Shown one piece after another: positions 21,770 to 32,033 of a stretch of DNA of 64,000 bases (the first letter of the stretch is position 1; the number at the start of each line of letters is the position of its first letter). The translations under genes and the position numbers were made by a program. This stretch comes from an uncultured virus (IMG/VR IMGVR_UViG_3300006103_001171). Its lineage: Duplodnaviria; Heunggongvirae; Uroviricota; Caudoviricetes. Under the pieces are notes generated by a model that was not told the DNA's origin, searched no databases, and was given only the letters and a program-made list of their open reading frames with translations. The DNA is taken from IMG/VR virus record IMGVR_UViG_3300006103_001171; one strand, written 5' to 3'.

Positions 21770-23359
21770 ATGAAAAAGGTAAAAATAACCGAATCACAGT
21801 ATAATAAATTATTTACTAGTAATTTAGATGAATCAACAGAAGTTAAAGGTGGAATAAACAGAGTTAATAAACAATTTAAAAAAGCTTTCGCTGGTTCTGG
21901 TGTTAAGAATTTATCTGAAGATAACTTTGATATTAAAGCACCTATACCAGGTATTCCAAACTCAAAAATGAAAATGCAGAAAGAACCATCAAGTCTTGAT
22001 GAAAACATTTTAAATCCAGAGGTTCAACAAGCTGTTAGTCATCTTATCCATAACATATGGTTAAACCCATCACAACATGGCTTAAGTCCATTTTTTAAAC
22101 AAAATGGTATAACTTGGGGTGATATTATGGATTATTTAACAGCTGTTGGTGTTGTTAGTGGTGTTGCTGGTGGTGGAATTAAATTAAGAAATTATTTTAA
22201 TACAAAATTTAATAAAAACCCAAAAATCGCTGAAAAAGAAAAAGAACTTGAGGTTAAAAAAATAGCTGATGATATAGCTAAAGATAAAAAAGCACCTTGG
22301 AATAAAATAAATAATCAGGCTCCTTCTGCTAACACCTATAATCCAAATAGGTTTAAGCCACTTACATCAACATCTAATGATGAAAAAGCAGCAATGATGC
22401 CATACTTAGACCCAGATAATGAGGGTATGCCATTTTTGCCAGATGACCCAAACTATACAAATCGCTCAACCTCTAACGACCCAGAAGATTTAAAGCCATA
22501 CTTAGACCCAGATAATGAGGGTATGCCATTTAAAAATACTGACGAACAATTTAGTCCAGAATCGGAAAATAATCAAATGTTTAAACCAGTTGGGATGAAT
22601 AAGGATATTGTGATTTTAAATGGACCAGATGGCTTATATGTATTTGATTACGATAATCTAAAATTAGATGGGTTAAACGCTAATCAACTTGCACAATATG
22701 TTAATAAAAACTTTAAATCATTATCAAGAGGTAGAGGTTTAAAAGATTTAGATACTGGCATTGATTTAATTAAAATGGATGAAAAGTTAAGGGAAAAATT
22801 AGCTGTTATTTATGGTAAAGATAAACAATTCGTTCACTTATTAAATAGAGTTGAAGAAATGACTGGTGCTGCTAGTTCTGGTGCATTTACTGGTCCTTTA
22901 GGTGGTTCTGGCAACGGCCCAAAGATTGATAAAAATAATACACCAGCAAATGCTTTAATTTCAGATGAGGAAGAATTTCTTGGTGGTAAAAAAATCGAAG
23001 AAATGACAACAGCCTCTACTGGTAATGCACAATCTAGTGCCTCTGGACAATATGTTCAACCAGCTATTTGGGCTAAAAATGAAAAGAATTTTGCTGGTAA
23101 TAAAAAAACTCAGTACCCTAACGGTGAAATGGTTAAATTTGACCCATGTACTAGACTTAACAATAATAAATCAGCCCAAAATGGTAAGTGTAGTCAAGGT
23201 GCGGTAGATAATGTTGTTAAAACATATAAAACGAAGGATTCTGTAATTTCAAAAGCAAATACAACAGTATATGAAACAATTGCAAAGAAGACTGGTAAAA
23301 GTGTAAAAGAAGTTAAAAGAATTATTGAAACAAAAGTTCTTAAGAACAAACCTTTATAA
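21770..23359 (+). CDS. Hypothetical protein with an internal repeat (possible virion internal protein)
   Basis: 529-aa ORF starting 'KITESQY'. Confidence 0.7.
   Translation: MKKVKITESQYNKLFTSNLDESTEVKGGINRVNKQFKKAFAGSGVKNLSEDNFDIKAPIPGIPNSKMKMQKEPSSLDENILNPEVQQAVSHLIHNIWLNPSQHGLSPFFKQNGITWGDIMDYLTAVGVVSGVAGGGIKLRNYFNTKFNKNPKIAEKEKELEVKKIADDIAKDKKAPWNKINNQAPSANTYNPNRFKPLTSTSNDEKAAMMPYLDPDNEGMPFLPDDPNYTNRSTSNDPEDLKPYLDPDNEGMPFKNTDEQFSPESENNQMFKPVGMNKDIVILNGPDGLYVFDYDNLKLDGLNANQLAQYVNKNFKSLSRGRGLKDLDTGIDLIKMDEKLREKLAVIYGKDKQFVHLLNRVEEMTGAASSGAFTGPLGGSGNGPKIDKNNTPANALISDEEEFLGGKKIEEMTTASTGNAQSSASGQYVQPAIWAKNEKNFAGNKKTQYPNGEMVKFDPCTRLNNNKSAQNGKCSQGAVDNVVKTYKTKDSVISKANTTVYETIAKKTGKSVKEVKRIIETKVLKNKPL
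22399..22531 (+). repeat. 37-bp exact direct repeat within the CDS
   Basis: gccatacttagacccagataatgagggtatgccattt at 22399..22435 and 22495..22531 (PYLDPDNEGMPF twice). Confidence 0.9.
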
Positions 23360-23391
23360 AAAACTTAGATATTTATTATAAAATAACAAAC

Positions 23392-24981
23392 ATGGATAAA
23401 AACATAATCAAGGATTATTTATCAAGTACTTTCTTAAGTGAAGCAAAAAAAGATGCTAAACCAAAAGATAATAATGGTAAATCAACTAAAGTTGTTAATA
23501 TTGCTGAACCAACACAAGAAAAAAAAGCTGCTAAAGGAACACAAGGTGTACCTGGTGTTAAGGTTACTGATAAGTACAATAAACAAAGTGGTAAATCTAA
23601 TAAAGAAGGTGTTGGTGCTATTGCTAAGGATATGAAAGCTTACGAAGCCCCATTAACTAAGCCAGATGCTAACGCTAGTGAAATGTCACCTAACAAATTC
23701 AACTATAAAGACGATAAAGAAAAAACATATCATGATGAAGTCGAAATCATGAATGGTATGGAAATGCTTCAATACGATAGAACACCTGATGATAACTTTA
23801 GAGATAGAGCTATGGAAGCAATTGAAGGTAGTTCAAGAATGGGTAATAACCCAGATTGGGCTAACGTTGTTGTTAAGGGTTGGGGTGGTGATAAAGAATT
23901 TGGTAAGAATCTTGTTAAGAGAATCAAAGCTTCTTCTAAGAAACGTTCAGAACAAACTCCAACTGCTTGGATGCAAGGTAAAAGTAATGTTGTTGACGTA
24001 AAAGATAATGGTCATAAACCTTATGCACTTGAAAGTTTTAACAAAAAATCAACAATTAAAGAAGACATGAATAACCAATTACAAGCTTCTGAAATAGTAA
24101 CAAATAAAAATGAAAATGCTCTACAAGAGTCAAATAAAAATAAAAAACAACCAATGAAAAGACTTAAATTTAAAAAAGAATTTAACGGCGTAGGAAACGC
24201 ACTTAAATTAATCCCTGAAAGCTACAAAGTAGATAATAAGGTGTTTGAAATGACTGACGGTAACGAATCTTATAAAGTTCGTTGGGAAGGTTCATTAACT
24301 GAAGGTGCAGCTGTTATATTAACTGCTTCCGATAAAAAAGTTGTTAACGAAGACATTCAAAGAATGAAAGCTTTATTCAATTACAAATCTGAAGACACTC
24401 TTGGTGTTGTTAAGGGCAAAGCTAGAGTTGATGAAAATGCTAAATTTACCGATGTTTGGAATAAAACAAAAAACCTTCTTAGCGAATCTTTTAATGATGA
24501 TGAACTTGAAGGTCCAGAAGAATGGGAAGACGCTGTAAAACACGCCCCAGAAGCTAAAAAACACATGGTACAACCAAGTTCAATGGAAAATGGTCACCAA
24601 GCACCAGCACCAAAAGAAGGTATTTGGGGTAAAGAAAAAATGGCACATTCTCCAGAAGGTAAAAAACACATGGTACAACCAAGTTCAATGGAAAATGGTC
24701 ACCAAGCACCAGCACCAAAACAAGGTCATTGGGATGAAATCAAAATTAAAGGTACAACTGGTGTAAAAAATACTGCATCAAAAGAAATTACAAGTCAAGC
24801 TAAAAAACAAACAACAGCTGAATTTGGTAGTGCTTTAAAACATGCACCAGAAGCAACTAAAAATATTCAAGGTTCAGCCCCAAAAGATAAACAAGCATCT
24901 AAACCTAAAACAGGTGATTGGGATACAGCTAAAAAAGGTCAAGCTCCAGAAGCGAGTAAAAACTTAAAAAAAAAAGCATAA
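23392..24981 (+). CDS. Hypothetical Lys-rich protein with C-terminal repeats
   Basis: 529-aa ORF with repeated (H)APEA.K and G.WD units. Confidence 0.7.
   Translation: MDKNIIKDYLSSTFLSEAKKDAKPKDNNGKSTKVVNIAEPTQEKKAAKGTQGVPGVKVTDKYNKQSGKSNKEGVGAIAKDMKAYEAPLTKPDANASEMSPNKFNYKDDKEKTYHDEVEIMNGMEMLQYDRTPDDNFRDRAMEAIEGSSRMGNNPDWANVVVKGWGGDKEFGKNLVKRIKASSKKRSEQTPTAWMQGKSNVVDVKDNGHKPYALESFNKKSTIKEDMNNQLQASEIVTNKNENALQESNKNKKQPMKRLKFKKEFNGVGNALKLIPESYKVDNKVFEMTDGNESYKVRWEGSLTEGAAVILTASDKKVVNEDIQRMKALFNYKSEDTLGVVKGKARVDENAKFTDVWNKTKNLLSESFNDDELEGPEEWEDAVKHAPEAKKHMVQPSSMENGHQAPAPKEGIWGKEKMAHSPEGKKHMVQPSSMENGHQAPAPKQGHWDEIKIKGTTGVKNTASKEITSQAKKQTTAEFGSALKHAPEATKNIQGSAPKDKQASKPKTGDWDTAKKGQAPEASKNLKKKA
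24555..24720 (+). repeat. About 61-bp direct repeat within the CDS
   Basis: KKHMVQPSSMENGHQAPAPK is encoded at both 24555..24615 and 24660..24720. Confidence 0.9.
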
Positions 24982-24992
24982 GTGAAAACCAA

Positions 24993-25274
24993 ATGGATGA
25001 AGCTTATAGACACAAAGTAAATAAAAAATATAAATACTTTGCGGTTAGAAAAGCTGATAATAAAATCTTAACAGGGTTTGAATTGATTAGTGATGTTGAA
25101 AGCCTTAAGTACTATGCTAAATTAGATATAATCGACTTAGAACAAAATCCAAAAGATTACAAACTACTATCAAAAGAATTCTTATTAAGAAATGGTATTG
25201 ACCCATTTAATTGGGATAATTGGATTAAAACAGATGTTCCAAATAATGATGAAAATCCAGAAGTAACAAGTTAA
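24993..25274 (+). CDS. Hypothetical protein
   Basis: 93-aa ORF followed by a terminator. Confidence 0.6.
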   Translation: MDEAYRHKVNKKYKYFAVRKADNKILTGFELISDVESLKYYAKLDIIDLEQNPKDYKLLSKEFLLRNGIDPFNWDNWIKTDVPNNDENPEVTS

Positions 25275-25287
25275 AATATTTAAAATA

Positions 25288-25314
25288 AAAGCCCCAGAAT
25301 TTCTGGGGTTTTTT
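25288..25314 (+). terminator. Intrinsic terminator
   Basis: gccccagaa-t-ttctggggt followed by a T-run. Confidence 0.75.
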
Positions 25315-25381
25315 ATTTATTGTTGATATTTATTAAATGTATAGATATTGATTCTTTTTATGTCTGTAGTATACTAGTGTT

Positions 25382-25852
25382 ATGATAAATAAAAATAAAA
25401 CTTTAGAGCTCTTGAACTACATTAACAAACCGATGAGTAGAGAAAACATCGCAATACTATATACTAATAACAATATTAAGTATGAGAAATGCGAGTTATT
25501 TAACGATTTTATACAATCGTTAATGATGCTTATTTTTGACACTTATATGGGTGATGACATAACTAACCCAACGGAACAAAAAAACCATTTTAAATGGTGT
25601 TGGAATAAAAATGTGGATAACTTTAAAAAAGAAGGATTAATTATAGGTGATTACAAATCCTATAGTTATTTTATGGAATTTATGTGTGATGTTTATTATC
25701 CAATAACCAAAAAAGAAAATCCACAATCAACTAAAAATTTACTAAAATTATGGGCCTTTATATTTGATTATAATAACCTTAAGAGTAAATCAGATATTGA
25801 TACACTAATCGAGGTTTATAAAATGTTAGATAATTCAATAACATTAAATTAA
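25382..25852 (+). CDS. Hypothetical protein
   Basis: 156-aa ORF. Confidence 0.65.
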   Translation: MINKNKTLELLNYINKPMSRENIAILYTNNNIKYEKCELFNDFIQSLMMLIFDTYMGDDITNPTEQKNHFKWCWNKNVDNFKKEGLIIGDYKSYSYFMEFMCDVYYPITKKENPQSTKNLLKLWAFIFDYNNLKSKSDIDTLIEVYKMLDNSITLN

Positions 25853-25899
25853 CCTATATAAACACTTGATTTTTTAAAATGTTTTAATAAATTGTATTC

Positions 25900-26133
25900 A
25901 TGGATGCAAATAGAATTATTCAAATCGTGATAACAGAATTATCACTAGAAAACCTAAAACTTCAAGAATCTCTTGAAGTTGCAATAAATAATGCTGAAAC
26001 TATTGATGACAAAGTTAAAACTGTCAAAGAAATACTAGAAAAGATAGTAATTAATGAATCATCGTTAGTTAAGTTTCAAGCATTAGTTTCAAATAAAAAT
26101 GATTTAAACCAAAAAGAAGATGGAAAAATTTAA
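25900..26133 (+). CDS. Hypothetical protein
   Basis: 77-aa ORF. Confidence 0.55.
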   Translation: MDANRIIQIVITELSLENLKLQESLEVAINNAETIDDKVKTVKEILEKIVINESSLVKFQALVSNKNDLNQKEDGKI

Positions 26134-26305
26134 AGAATTAGAAGCAGCGGTTGCTTCAATGAAAGATGACGTAACTAAGTTTTACGAAAAGAATAACAGT
26201 TCAGCTGGTGTTAGAGTTAGAAAAACTCTTCAACTAGTTAAAGAACTTTCACAAGAAATAAGAAAGGAAATTTCTGAACAAAAAAGAGAAACAAAAACTG
26301 TATAG
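26120..26305 (+). CDS. Histone H1-like Hc1 family small DNA-binding protein
   Basis: 'KFYEKNNSSAGVRVRK.LQ.VK.LSQEIRKE' matches the Hc1 core as recalled. Confidence 0.7.
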   Translation: MEKFKELEAAVASMKDDVTKFYEKNNSSAGVRVRKTLQLVKELSQEIRKEISEQKRETKTV

Positions 26306-26307
26306 TA

Positions 26308-26520
26308 ATGTTAATTAATGTTTTTGATAGAATACTAATAATTTTGTTTTTTATGGCATTTTTTAATTCTGTAAGACACACATATTATTTTATTCAAGCT
26401 TGGGTGACCTCAACAAATGAGGAACCCGTTAAATATAAAATATCCGATAAATCATTGTTTTTGTTAGGTGTATCAATTGCTTATATACTTACAACAATTT
26501 TTACTGGTATAAAACTCTAA
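26308..26520 (+). CDS. Small membrane protein
   Basis: 70 aa with two hydrophobic segments. Confidence 0.55.
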   Translation: MLINVFDRILIILFFMAFFNSVRHTYYFIQAWVTSTNEEPVKYKISDKSLFLLGVSIAYILTTIFTGIKL

Positions 26521-26529
26521 AAATTAAAA

Positions 26530-27282
26530 ATGGCAAAAATACAACAAACCCTAGATGCACTGCAACCTTATGTTATTGGTATTAGATACATAGATGGTAT
26601 GACGGTTGTTGATACAATTTTTAAAACTGGTTGGACACTTCCAGAATCTAAAACAATTAAAAAGGCTAAGGGTAATGATGAAAGTCTTAATTATTTTATG
26701 ATTTTCAGTGATTTAAATGGTATCGGTCTTGATGAGATTTTAGATTATGTTTCAAACGTTATAAAAATAAATGTTGACCGTGAAAAGAAACATGAACTAT
26801 TAAAGACTAAAGTAAACGAACTTAAAGAATTCTTCAAGAAACATACACTAGAAGATTTATCAAGGTTAAAATTTATCTTAAAAGAAGAAGAATTGATGCC
26901 AGAACTAAATGATTTCGATGTTGATGAACCAATTGAAGAATTAATCGAAGAAACAGTTTATACATCACCAGGTGTTTCAGTTATGGAATCTGACGGTGAT
27001 ATGATTAAATACAACGCTGGGGAACAAGAAGCTATTCAAAATCACGTTGAGAATTTAACTGAAGAAGATAAAGAAATACTCGCTGAAGAAGCTAGAGCCG
27101 CTAATTATAGAAAGATGAAAGAAGCTGAAAAATTAGATGGTAAAATAAAGACAAAACAAAGGGTTGAATTACCACCAAGAAAAAAGATAGCTGAAGCGAT
27201 TATGTCAAATACACTTATGCCAGATTGCGATTGCGGAGAATTAGAAGCTTGTGAAAAATGTATAGAATTTAAAGACCTATAA
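26530..27282 (+). CDS. Hypothetical protein
   Basis: 250-aa ORF with C-terminal CxC...CxxC. Confidence 0.65.
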   Translation: MAKIQQTLDALQPYVIGIRYIDGMTVVDTIFKTGWTLPESKTIKKAKGNDESLNYFMIFSDLNGIGLDEILDYVSNVIKINVDREKKHELLKTKVNELKEFFKKHTLEDLSRLKFILKEEELMPELNDFDVDEPIEELIEETVYTSPGVSVMESDGDMIKYNAGEQEAIQNHVENLTEEDKEILAEEARAANYRKMKEAEKLDGKIKTKQRVELPPRKKIAEAIMSNTLMPDCDCGELEACEKCIEFKDL

Positions 27283-27284
27283 CT

Positions 27285-27312
27285 AAAAACCCCAGATTTA
27301 CTGGGGTTTTTT
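27285..27312. terminator. Bidirectional intrinsic terminator
   Basis: aaaaaccccag-attta-ctggggttttt between convergent genes. Confidence 0.8.
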
Positions 27313-27638
27313 TATTCATTATTAAAAGCTCTTTCTAAAGTTTCTTGTGCCGTATGTGTTACCCATACACCACCTGTTGATAACAATCCGTGTAAAAATA
27401 CACTTAAATAAAAATTATTAATTGATAATGGGGTTTGATTCTTAGTTATAATCAATATACTTGAGATTACAAAACCCATCCAAGTACCTAAACACATTGG
27501 ACAAGTAAATAACTTATATAAGCTGTAACCACCAGTTCCAAATCTAGCTAATGTATTTCTGAAACCTTCAAAAATTGAACCGTAAATTAAATTGTTACAA
27601 GCACCGTAACAAACCAAAATAAACATTAATGTATTCAT
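27312..27638 (-). CDS. Small membrane protein (DUF1360-like)
   Basis: 'LFTCPMCLGTW' motif plus TM helices; start taken at MNTLMF. Confidence 0.6.
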   Translation of the reverse strand: MNTLMFILVCYGACNNLIYGSIFEGFRNTLARFGTGGYSLYKLFTCPMCLGTWMGFVISSILIITKNQTPLSINNFYLSVFLHGLLSTGGVWVTHTAQETLERAFNNE

Positions 27639-27714
27639 ATATTTTTTTAAACAATTATAGTGTTTTACTTGAAAAAATAAATACTTGTGCGTATATTTGT
27701 AAAAAATCATAAAA

Positions 27715-27939
27715 ATGAAATTAAAAGATGATATTATATCTAAAGAGGTTTTATTAGTTGAACAAGAAAATCAAAAAGAAATGTATAAAACTGCAACCAA
27801 AAAGGTTCAGTTTATTAATCAAATAAAAAATGGGTTGGGTGAGGAAATTAAAAATAACCCAAATCAAATAAAAATAATTGAGAAATCATTTGGTGAAAAA
27901 GTTAAATTATTTTTTAAGAGAATTTTTACAAAATTTTAA
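27715..27939 (+). CDS. Hypothetical protein
   Basis: 74-aa ORF after a TATATTTG box. Confidence 0.55.
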   Translation: MKLKDDIISKEVLLVEQENQKEMYKTATKKVQFINQIKNGLGEEIKNNPNQIKIIEKSFGEKVKLFFKRIFTKF

Positions 27940-27940
27940 A

Positions 27941-28168
27941 ATGACATACGATATACTAATAAATACAATTTCTGAAATTGTTAATAACGATAATATAAAT
28001 AAGGATGGGCTTATATTAACATATATGCTTCCAGATGATATTCATAAAAGTCTCAATAAAGAATTATTCTATAAAACAAGAGAGGTTGGGGTTAACTTTA
28101 CACAACCAGATGAATATGAAGTTGAAATAGCTGGGATAATTATAAAGTTTTTTAAAAAAAGTTTATAA
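27941..28168 (+). CDS. Hypothetical protein
   Basis: ORF beginning MTYDIL directly after the previous stop. Confidence 0.55.
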   Translation: MTYDILINTISEIVNNDNINKDGLILTYMLPDDIHKSLNKELFYKTREVGVNFTQPDEYEVEIAGIIIKFFKKSL

Positions 28169-28238
28169 AAAAGTTGCAAAATCCAATTTAATGTCGTATA
28201 TTTGTAATCTAAGAATAAAAAACAAAAAAAATACGATT

Positions 28239-28730
28239 ATGAGTACTTTATTAAAAGCTTTACAAACTAATGACACCATTACAACTAATGGTATGGCAAC
28301 TAACAGTTCGTCATTGAACCATTGTGTAAACCTATTCTTCCAAATAGGTGCGATGAGAGGTAAGGATAAACAAGTACTTATTAATACATTCGTTAAAGCA
28401 TACAACGAAGATGCATTAACCGCTATGAAGTTATTGTTCTGGTCTCGTGACATCCGTGGTGGTGCTGGAGAAAGACAAATCTTCAGAGATGTTATCAAAT
28501 ACATGGCTGAAAAGCATACTGAATCCTTAGCTAAGAACCTTTCATTAATTCCAGAATACGGAAGATGGGATGACTTGTTACAATTAATTGGTACAAAGCT
28601 TGAGAACCAAGCGTTGACCCTTATTAAGGGTGGTCTTGAAGCTGGTAAAAAAGCTAAGGATTTATTATCTATAATAGATTCATTATCGGATTCTGAATGT
28701 GCTAAATTAATTACTGACTTTTCGGTTTAA
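28239..28730 (+). CDS. Ro60/TROVE-like (DUF2828) protein, N-terminal half of a split gene
   Basis: 'NLFF.IGAMRG', 'RDIRGGAGER' and 'IPEYGRWDDL' motifs; ends in a short non-homologous tail. Confidence 0.8.
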   Translation: MSTLLKALQTNDTITTNGMATNSSSLNHCVNLFFQIGAMRGKDKQVLINTFVKAYNEDALTAMKLLFWSRDIRGGAGERQIFRDVIKYMAEKHTESLAKNLSLIPEYGRWDDLLQLIGTKLENQALTLIKGGLEAGKKAKDLLSIIDSLSDSECAKLITDFSV

Positions 28731-29436
28731 AATTATTGAAATTATTAGAATTTAATTGTGTTAAATAAGATTTTCTAGTAATTTCTGAACGTTCTTTTAA
28801 AATGTTTGGGTTAATATTAGGGTTTAATTTACAATTATCCCCATGAAATCTTTTAAAATTTCCACCATCACATTGTTTATTACAATGTTCACATGTTAGT
28901 TTTGGTGTTAATTTTCTAGAATTACTGATAGATATTTTTCTTTCATCGGTACATGGACCAGTTGATTTACATTTTTTACCCTTATTATGTGCAGGTTTAC
29001 CCTTACGAATTAACGACAAAGCATTCGAGTATATATCAGAAATCCCAATAATCCAACCGTTAGGTATTGGTAGCTTAGGGTCATGATAAATTTGGGTATT
29101 AGTCATTGGATGGTTAATTAATATTAAACCTTCATTACCAAATAATGCTTTAGAAATTGTTTTATTTATAAATTTACCATTTCTATTAGCGTTTGTTCGT
29201 GTTAGAACAGAATGTTCATGGTTTATTGCGTCAATCTTATTATTAAATATTTTAGTTATTTTTATAATAAATGAATTTAAACCATATTCCTTTATAAGTT
29301 TATGGATATGTTTTGAGGATGTAAAGTATTTGTTCCATAAATCATTAGGGTTACAACCTTTGGCATATCTTACTCCGTAATAATATTGACCAGTTGGTTT
29401 AAAAATAAGTTTGTAAGTATAAGGTATAGTTTCCAT
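28711..29436 (-). CDS. Free-standing GIY-YIG-like homing endonuclease, antisense inside the split DUF2828 gene
   Basis: 'PYTYKL...GQYYYGVR...YFTSS', NUMOD-like 'HNKGK' and C-terminal 'CEHC...NFKRFHGDNCK'. Confidence 0.8.
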   Translation of the reverse strand: METIPYTYKLIFKPTGQYYYGVRYAKGCNPNDLWNKYFTSSKHIHKLIKEYGLNSFIIKITKIFNNKIDAINHEHSVLTRTNANRNGKFINKTISKALFGNEGLILINHPMTNTQIYHDPKLPIPNGWIIGISDIYSNALSLIRKGKPAHNKGKKCKSTGPCTDERKISISNSRKLTPKLTCEHCNKQCDGGNFKRFHGDNCKLNPNINPNILKERSEITRKSYLTQLNSNNFNNFKPKSQ

Positions 29437-29508
29437 ATTTAAGTTTTAAGTGGATGCCGTAATTATCTATTAATAAATATAACAATATTTAGTTAAAACT
29501 AAATAAAT

Positions 29509-30603
29509 ATGATAAATAAAGAAAAATTAAGAAAAATCTTACAAAAAAAAGTTTTAGACTCGTCTTTGCTCGCCAAATGGTTGCCACGTCCAAACATTGG
29601 CAACCGTGAAAGAAAAGCACAATCTCGTGTTGTTAGAAATTTCTTGGGGTTAACACCTAAAGAATACAGAAAGACACTTGTTGAATTATCTAACACAGTT
29701 GAACAATTGATGTGTGCTAAGGAATGGTCTAAAATCGAGTACTCTAAGTTGCCATCAAAAGCAATGTCAGATTACATGAAGGCTTTCTCTAAGAATGACT
29801 TGGCTCGTTTCCAAGCTTATTTGACTTCACTTGAAAAGGGTGAAACTAAGATTAACGCTGCGGCTTTGTTCCCATACGATGTTACAAAGAACATGACACA
29901 TGGTAATTCAAGAGGTGCTGATGCACAATGGAATGCGTTGCCAAACTACATGGAAAACAACAACGAAAGAGTGTTGCCAGTAGTTGACGTATCAGGTTCA
30001 ATGGGTGACCCAGCTGGTCAAAATGCGACTGTTACATGTCTTGATGTTGCGATATCTTTAGGCCTTTACATTTCCGAAAGAAATGCTGGTATATTTAAGG
30101 ATGCATTCGTAACATTCTCCAACCACCCAACGTTGCAAATTCTTAATGGTACCTTATCAGAAAGGTATAACCAATTGGCTCGTGCTCAATGGGATATGAA
30201 TACTAACTTAGAAGCAGTATTTCAATTGATTTTGTCTAAAGCAAAAAAATCAAACGTTCCAGAAAACGAGATGCCAACAATGATAATGATATTATCAGAT
30301 ATGCAATTCGATGTAGCTACTCGTTCTGGTTGGGGTAGTACAAGTACATGGAACCCTAATGCTCAACAAATGATTGAGAAGGAGTACGCAGATGCTGGTT
30401 ATACAACTCCTAAGATTGTTTATTGGAATCTTAACAGTAGAAATACTGATACCCCAGTACATTTTGATAAGGTTGGTACGGCCTTGGTTTCAGGGTTCAG
30501 TGGTTCCTTATTAAAGAACTTATTGGGTGGTAAAGACCTTACACCATTAAGTATGATGTTTGAAGTAGTAAATAGCGAACGTTACGAAGCTATTAAAATA
30601 TAA
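29509..30603 (+). CDS. Ro60/TROVE-like (DUF2828) protein, C-terminal half with vWA domain
   Basis: 'AKWLPR', MIDAS 'DVSGSM', 'ILSDMQFD', 'VYWNL' and 'VSGFS'. Confidence 0.85.
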   Translation: MINKEKLRKILQKKVLDSSLLAKWLPRPNIGNRERKAQSRVVRNFLGLTPKEYRKTLVELSNTVEQLMCAKEWSKIEYSKLPSKAMSDYMKAFSKNDLARFQAYLTSLEKGETKINAAALFPYDVTKNMTHGNSRGADAQWNALPNYMENNNERVLPVVDVSGSMGDPAGQNATVTCLDVAISLGLYISERNAGIFKDAFVTFSNHPTLQILNGTLSERYNQLARAQWDMNTNLEAVFQLILSKAKKSNVPENEMPTMIMILSDMQFDVATRSGWGSTSTWNPNAQQMIEKEYADAGYTTPKIVYWNLNSRNTDTPVHFDKVGTALVSGFSGSLLKNLLGGKDLTPLSMMFEVVNSERYEAIKI

Positions 30604-30616
30604 TTGCTTATATATA

Positions 30617-30757
30617 AAGATGTTTCCAGCAACTTAAAAATCTTAAACTGTTAAAAAAGGAAACGTGGGCGTTTTAGTATTGTTTCAACCCTTTAAAATT
30701 TTTTTTATTTGAAACAACCTTCCGAACTGAGTTAGAAGTAAAATGCTCCTACATCTT
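30617..30757 (+). ncRNA. Structured RNA of the stem-CAGCAA family (Y-RNA-like candidate)
   Basis: Outer stem aagatgt/acatctt, then ttcCAGCAA; inner stems gggcgtttta/taaaatgctc and ttgtttcaa/ttgaaacaa; directly downstream of the TROVE-like gene. Confidence 0.55.
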
Positions 30758-30855
30758 GTTATAAGCTATAAAAAAGAATCATAGTAATATGGTTCTTTTT
30801 TAATTTATACTATTTACACTTTAAAATAAAAGTAGTATTTTTAATCAAAACATAT

Positions 30856-31044
30856 ATGATGACAGTTGTAGTTAAACCAATTGATGAATACAAGAGTAAG
30901 AAATTTAAAGGTAAAGTACTAAGTGAATATATAGTTTATCAAATGATAAATGGTATGCCAATAAAAGCTGATACAGCATTAGGTGATAACGCTAGAGATA
31001 TTCTAATCGCTAAATACTTAAAAGAAAATAAAAATAAAAAATAA
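30856..31044 (+). CDS. Hypothetical protein
   Basis: Short ORF in a tightly packed operon. Confidence 0.55.
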   Translation: MMTVVVKPIDEYKSKKFKGKVLSEYIVYQMINGMPIKADTALGDNARDILIAKYLKENKNKK

Positions 31045-31244
31045 TGAAAACACTTAAGAATTTAAAAAAAGGCACGTTTGTTAGAGTATCAGACGTTGAA
31101 GCCGAATCAAGAGTTAAGCTAAAATCTGAATGGGCTTACGCACCAAAAAGCGAATGGAAAAAATCCGATAATCAACCTGAAGAAACAACAGAAACTGTGC
31201 AAACGGTTGAATCTTCAACTAAAAAAACTAAAAAGAAAAAGTAA
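31044..31244 (+). CDS. Hypothetical protein
   Basis: TAATG overlap with the upstream ORF. Confidence 0.6.
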   Translation: MKTLKNLKKGTFVRVSDVEAESRVKLKSEWAYAPKSEWKKSDNQPEETTETVQTVESSTKKTKKKK

Positions 31245-31246
31245 AA

Positions 31247-31579
31247 ATGGAAACAACAGAAAAATCGTACCCACTAGTGTTAGTGTTTTACGTTGATAGA
31301 GAAACAATGAAAAACTATGAATTAATGAAAGAATTTTCAGAATCGGTCAATTATATGATTGAAGCTAAAAATTTTAAAGTAATGGCATTCTTTTTACCAA
31401 CAGATGGTGAAGAAAGAATTGAATGTATCAATCCTTTAGTTGCACCAAAAGAACAAATGGATAAAGTCGATAAATTAATAACCGATATTTCTAAGAATTT
31501 TGGTATTGGTGATGAAATAAATTTTGAAGAAATTCAATCAGGAGATGAACCAGAAAATACAAAACAAGAAAATCTATAA
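31247..31579 (+). CDS. Hypothetical protein
   Basis: 110-aa ORF. Confidence 0.6.
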   Translation: METTEKSYPLVLVFYVDRETMKNYELMKEFSESVNYMIEAKNFKVMAFFLPTDGEERIECINPLVAPKEQMDKVDKLITDISKNFGIGDEINFEEIQSGDEPENTKQENL

Positions 31580-31817
31580 TATAGATTTAAATTTAAAACA
31601 TTTATCAGCGGAAGAGCAAAAAGGAAAAATTGATGAACTTATAGATAACCTAAAAAATAGATTTGAAAAGATTGATAGTTCTAGATATAATGCATTAACT
31701 GGCTCATCCATAAATGAGGATGTATTCTTTCCAAAAAGAGATATACCAAATAAGTAGTTTTACATCTTCAATCGAATAAACTCTTCCTTCGATTGAGGTA
31801 CTGGCCCATACAATTGT

Positions 31818-32033
31818 ATGGACCATCTGGAGGATATTAAAAATATGACAAATCAAGAAAAAGCGGTTTTATATGACCAACTAATCCGTGAAAGCGATGC
31901 ATTACAACGTGAGAATTCAAAATTAAAATCTGAGTATGTAACTAACATACCGCCAGAGGTTCAACAAAAAATTGATAAAAACAATAAAAGAATATCTATT
32001 CTAGTTGGTCAATTTGAAAATTTATTACGCTAA
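31818..32033 (+). CDS. Hypothetical coiled-coil protein
   Basis: 71-aa ORF. Confidence 0.55.
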   Translation: MDHLEDIKNMTNQEKAVLYDQLIRESDALQRENSKLKSEYVTNIPPEVQQKIDKNNKRISILVGQFENLLR

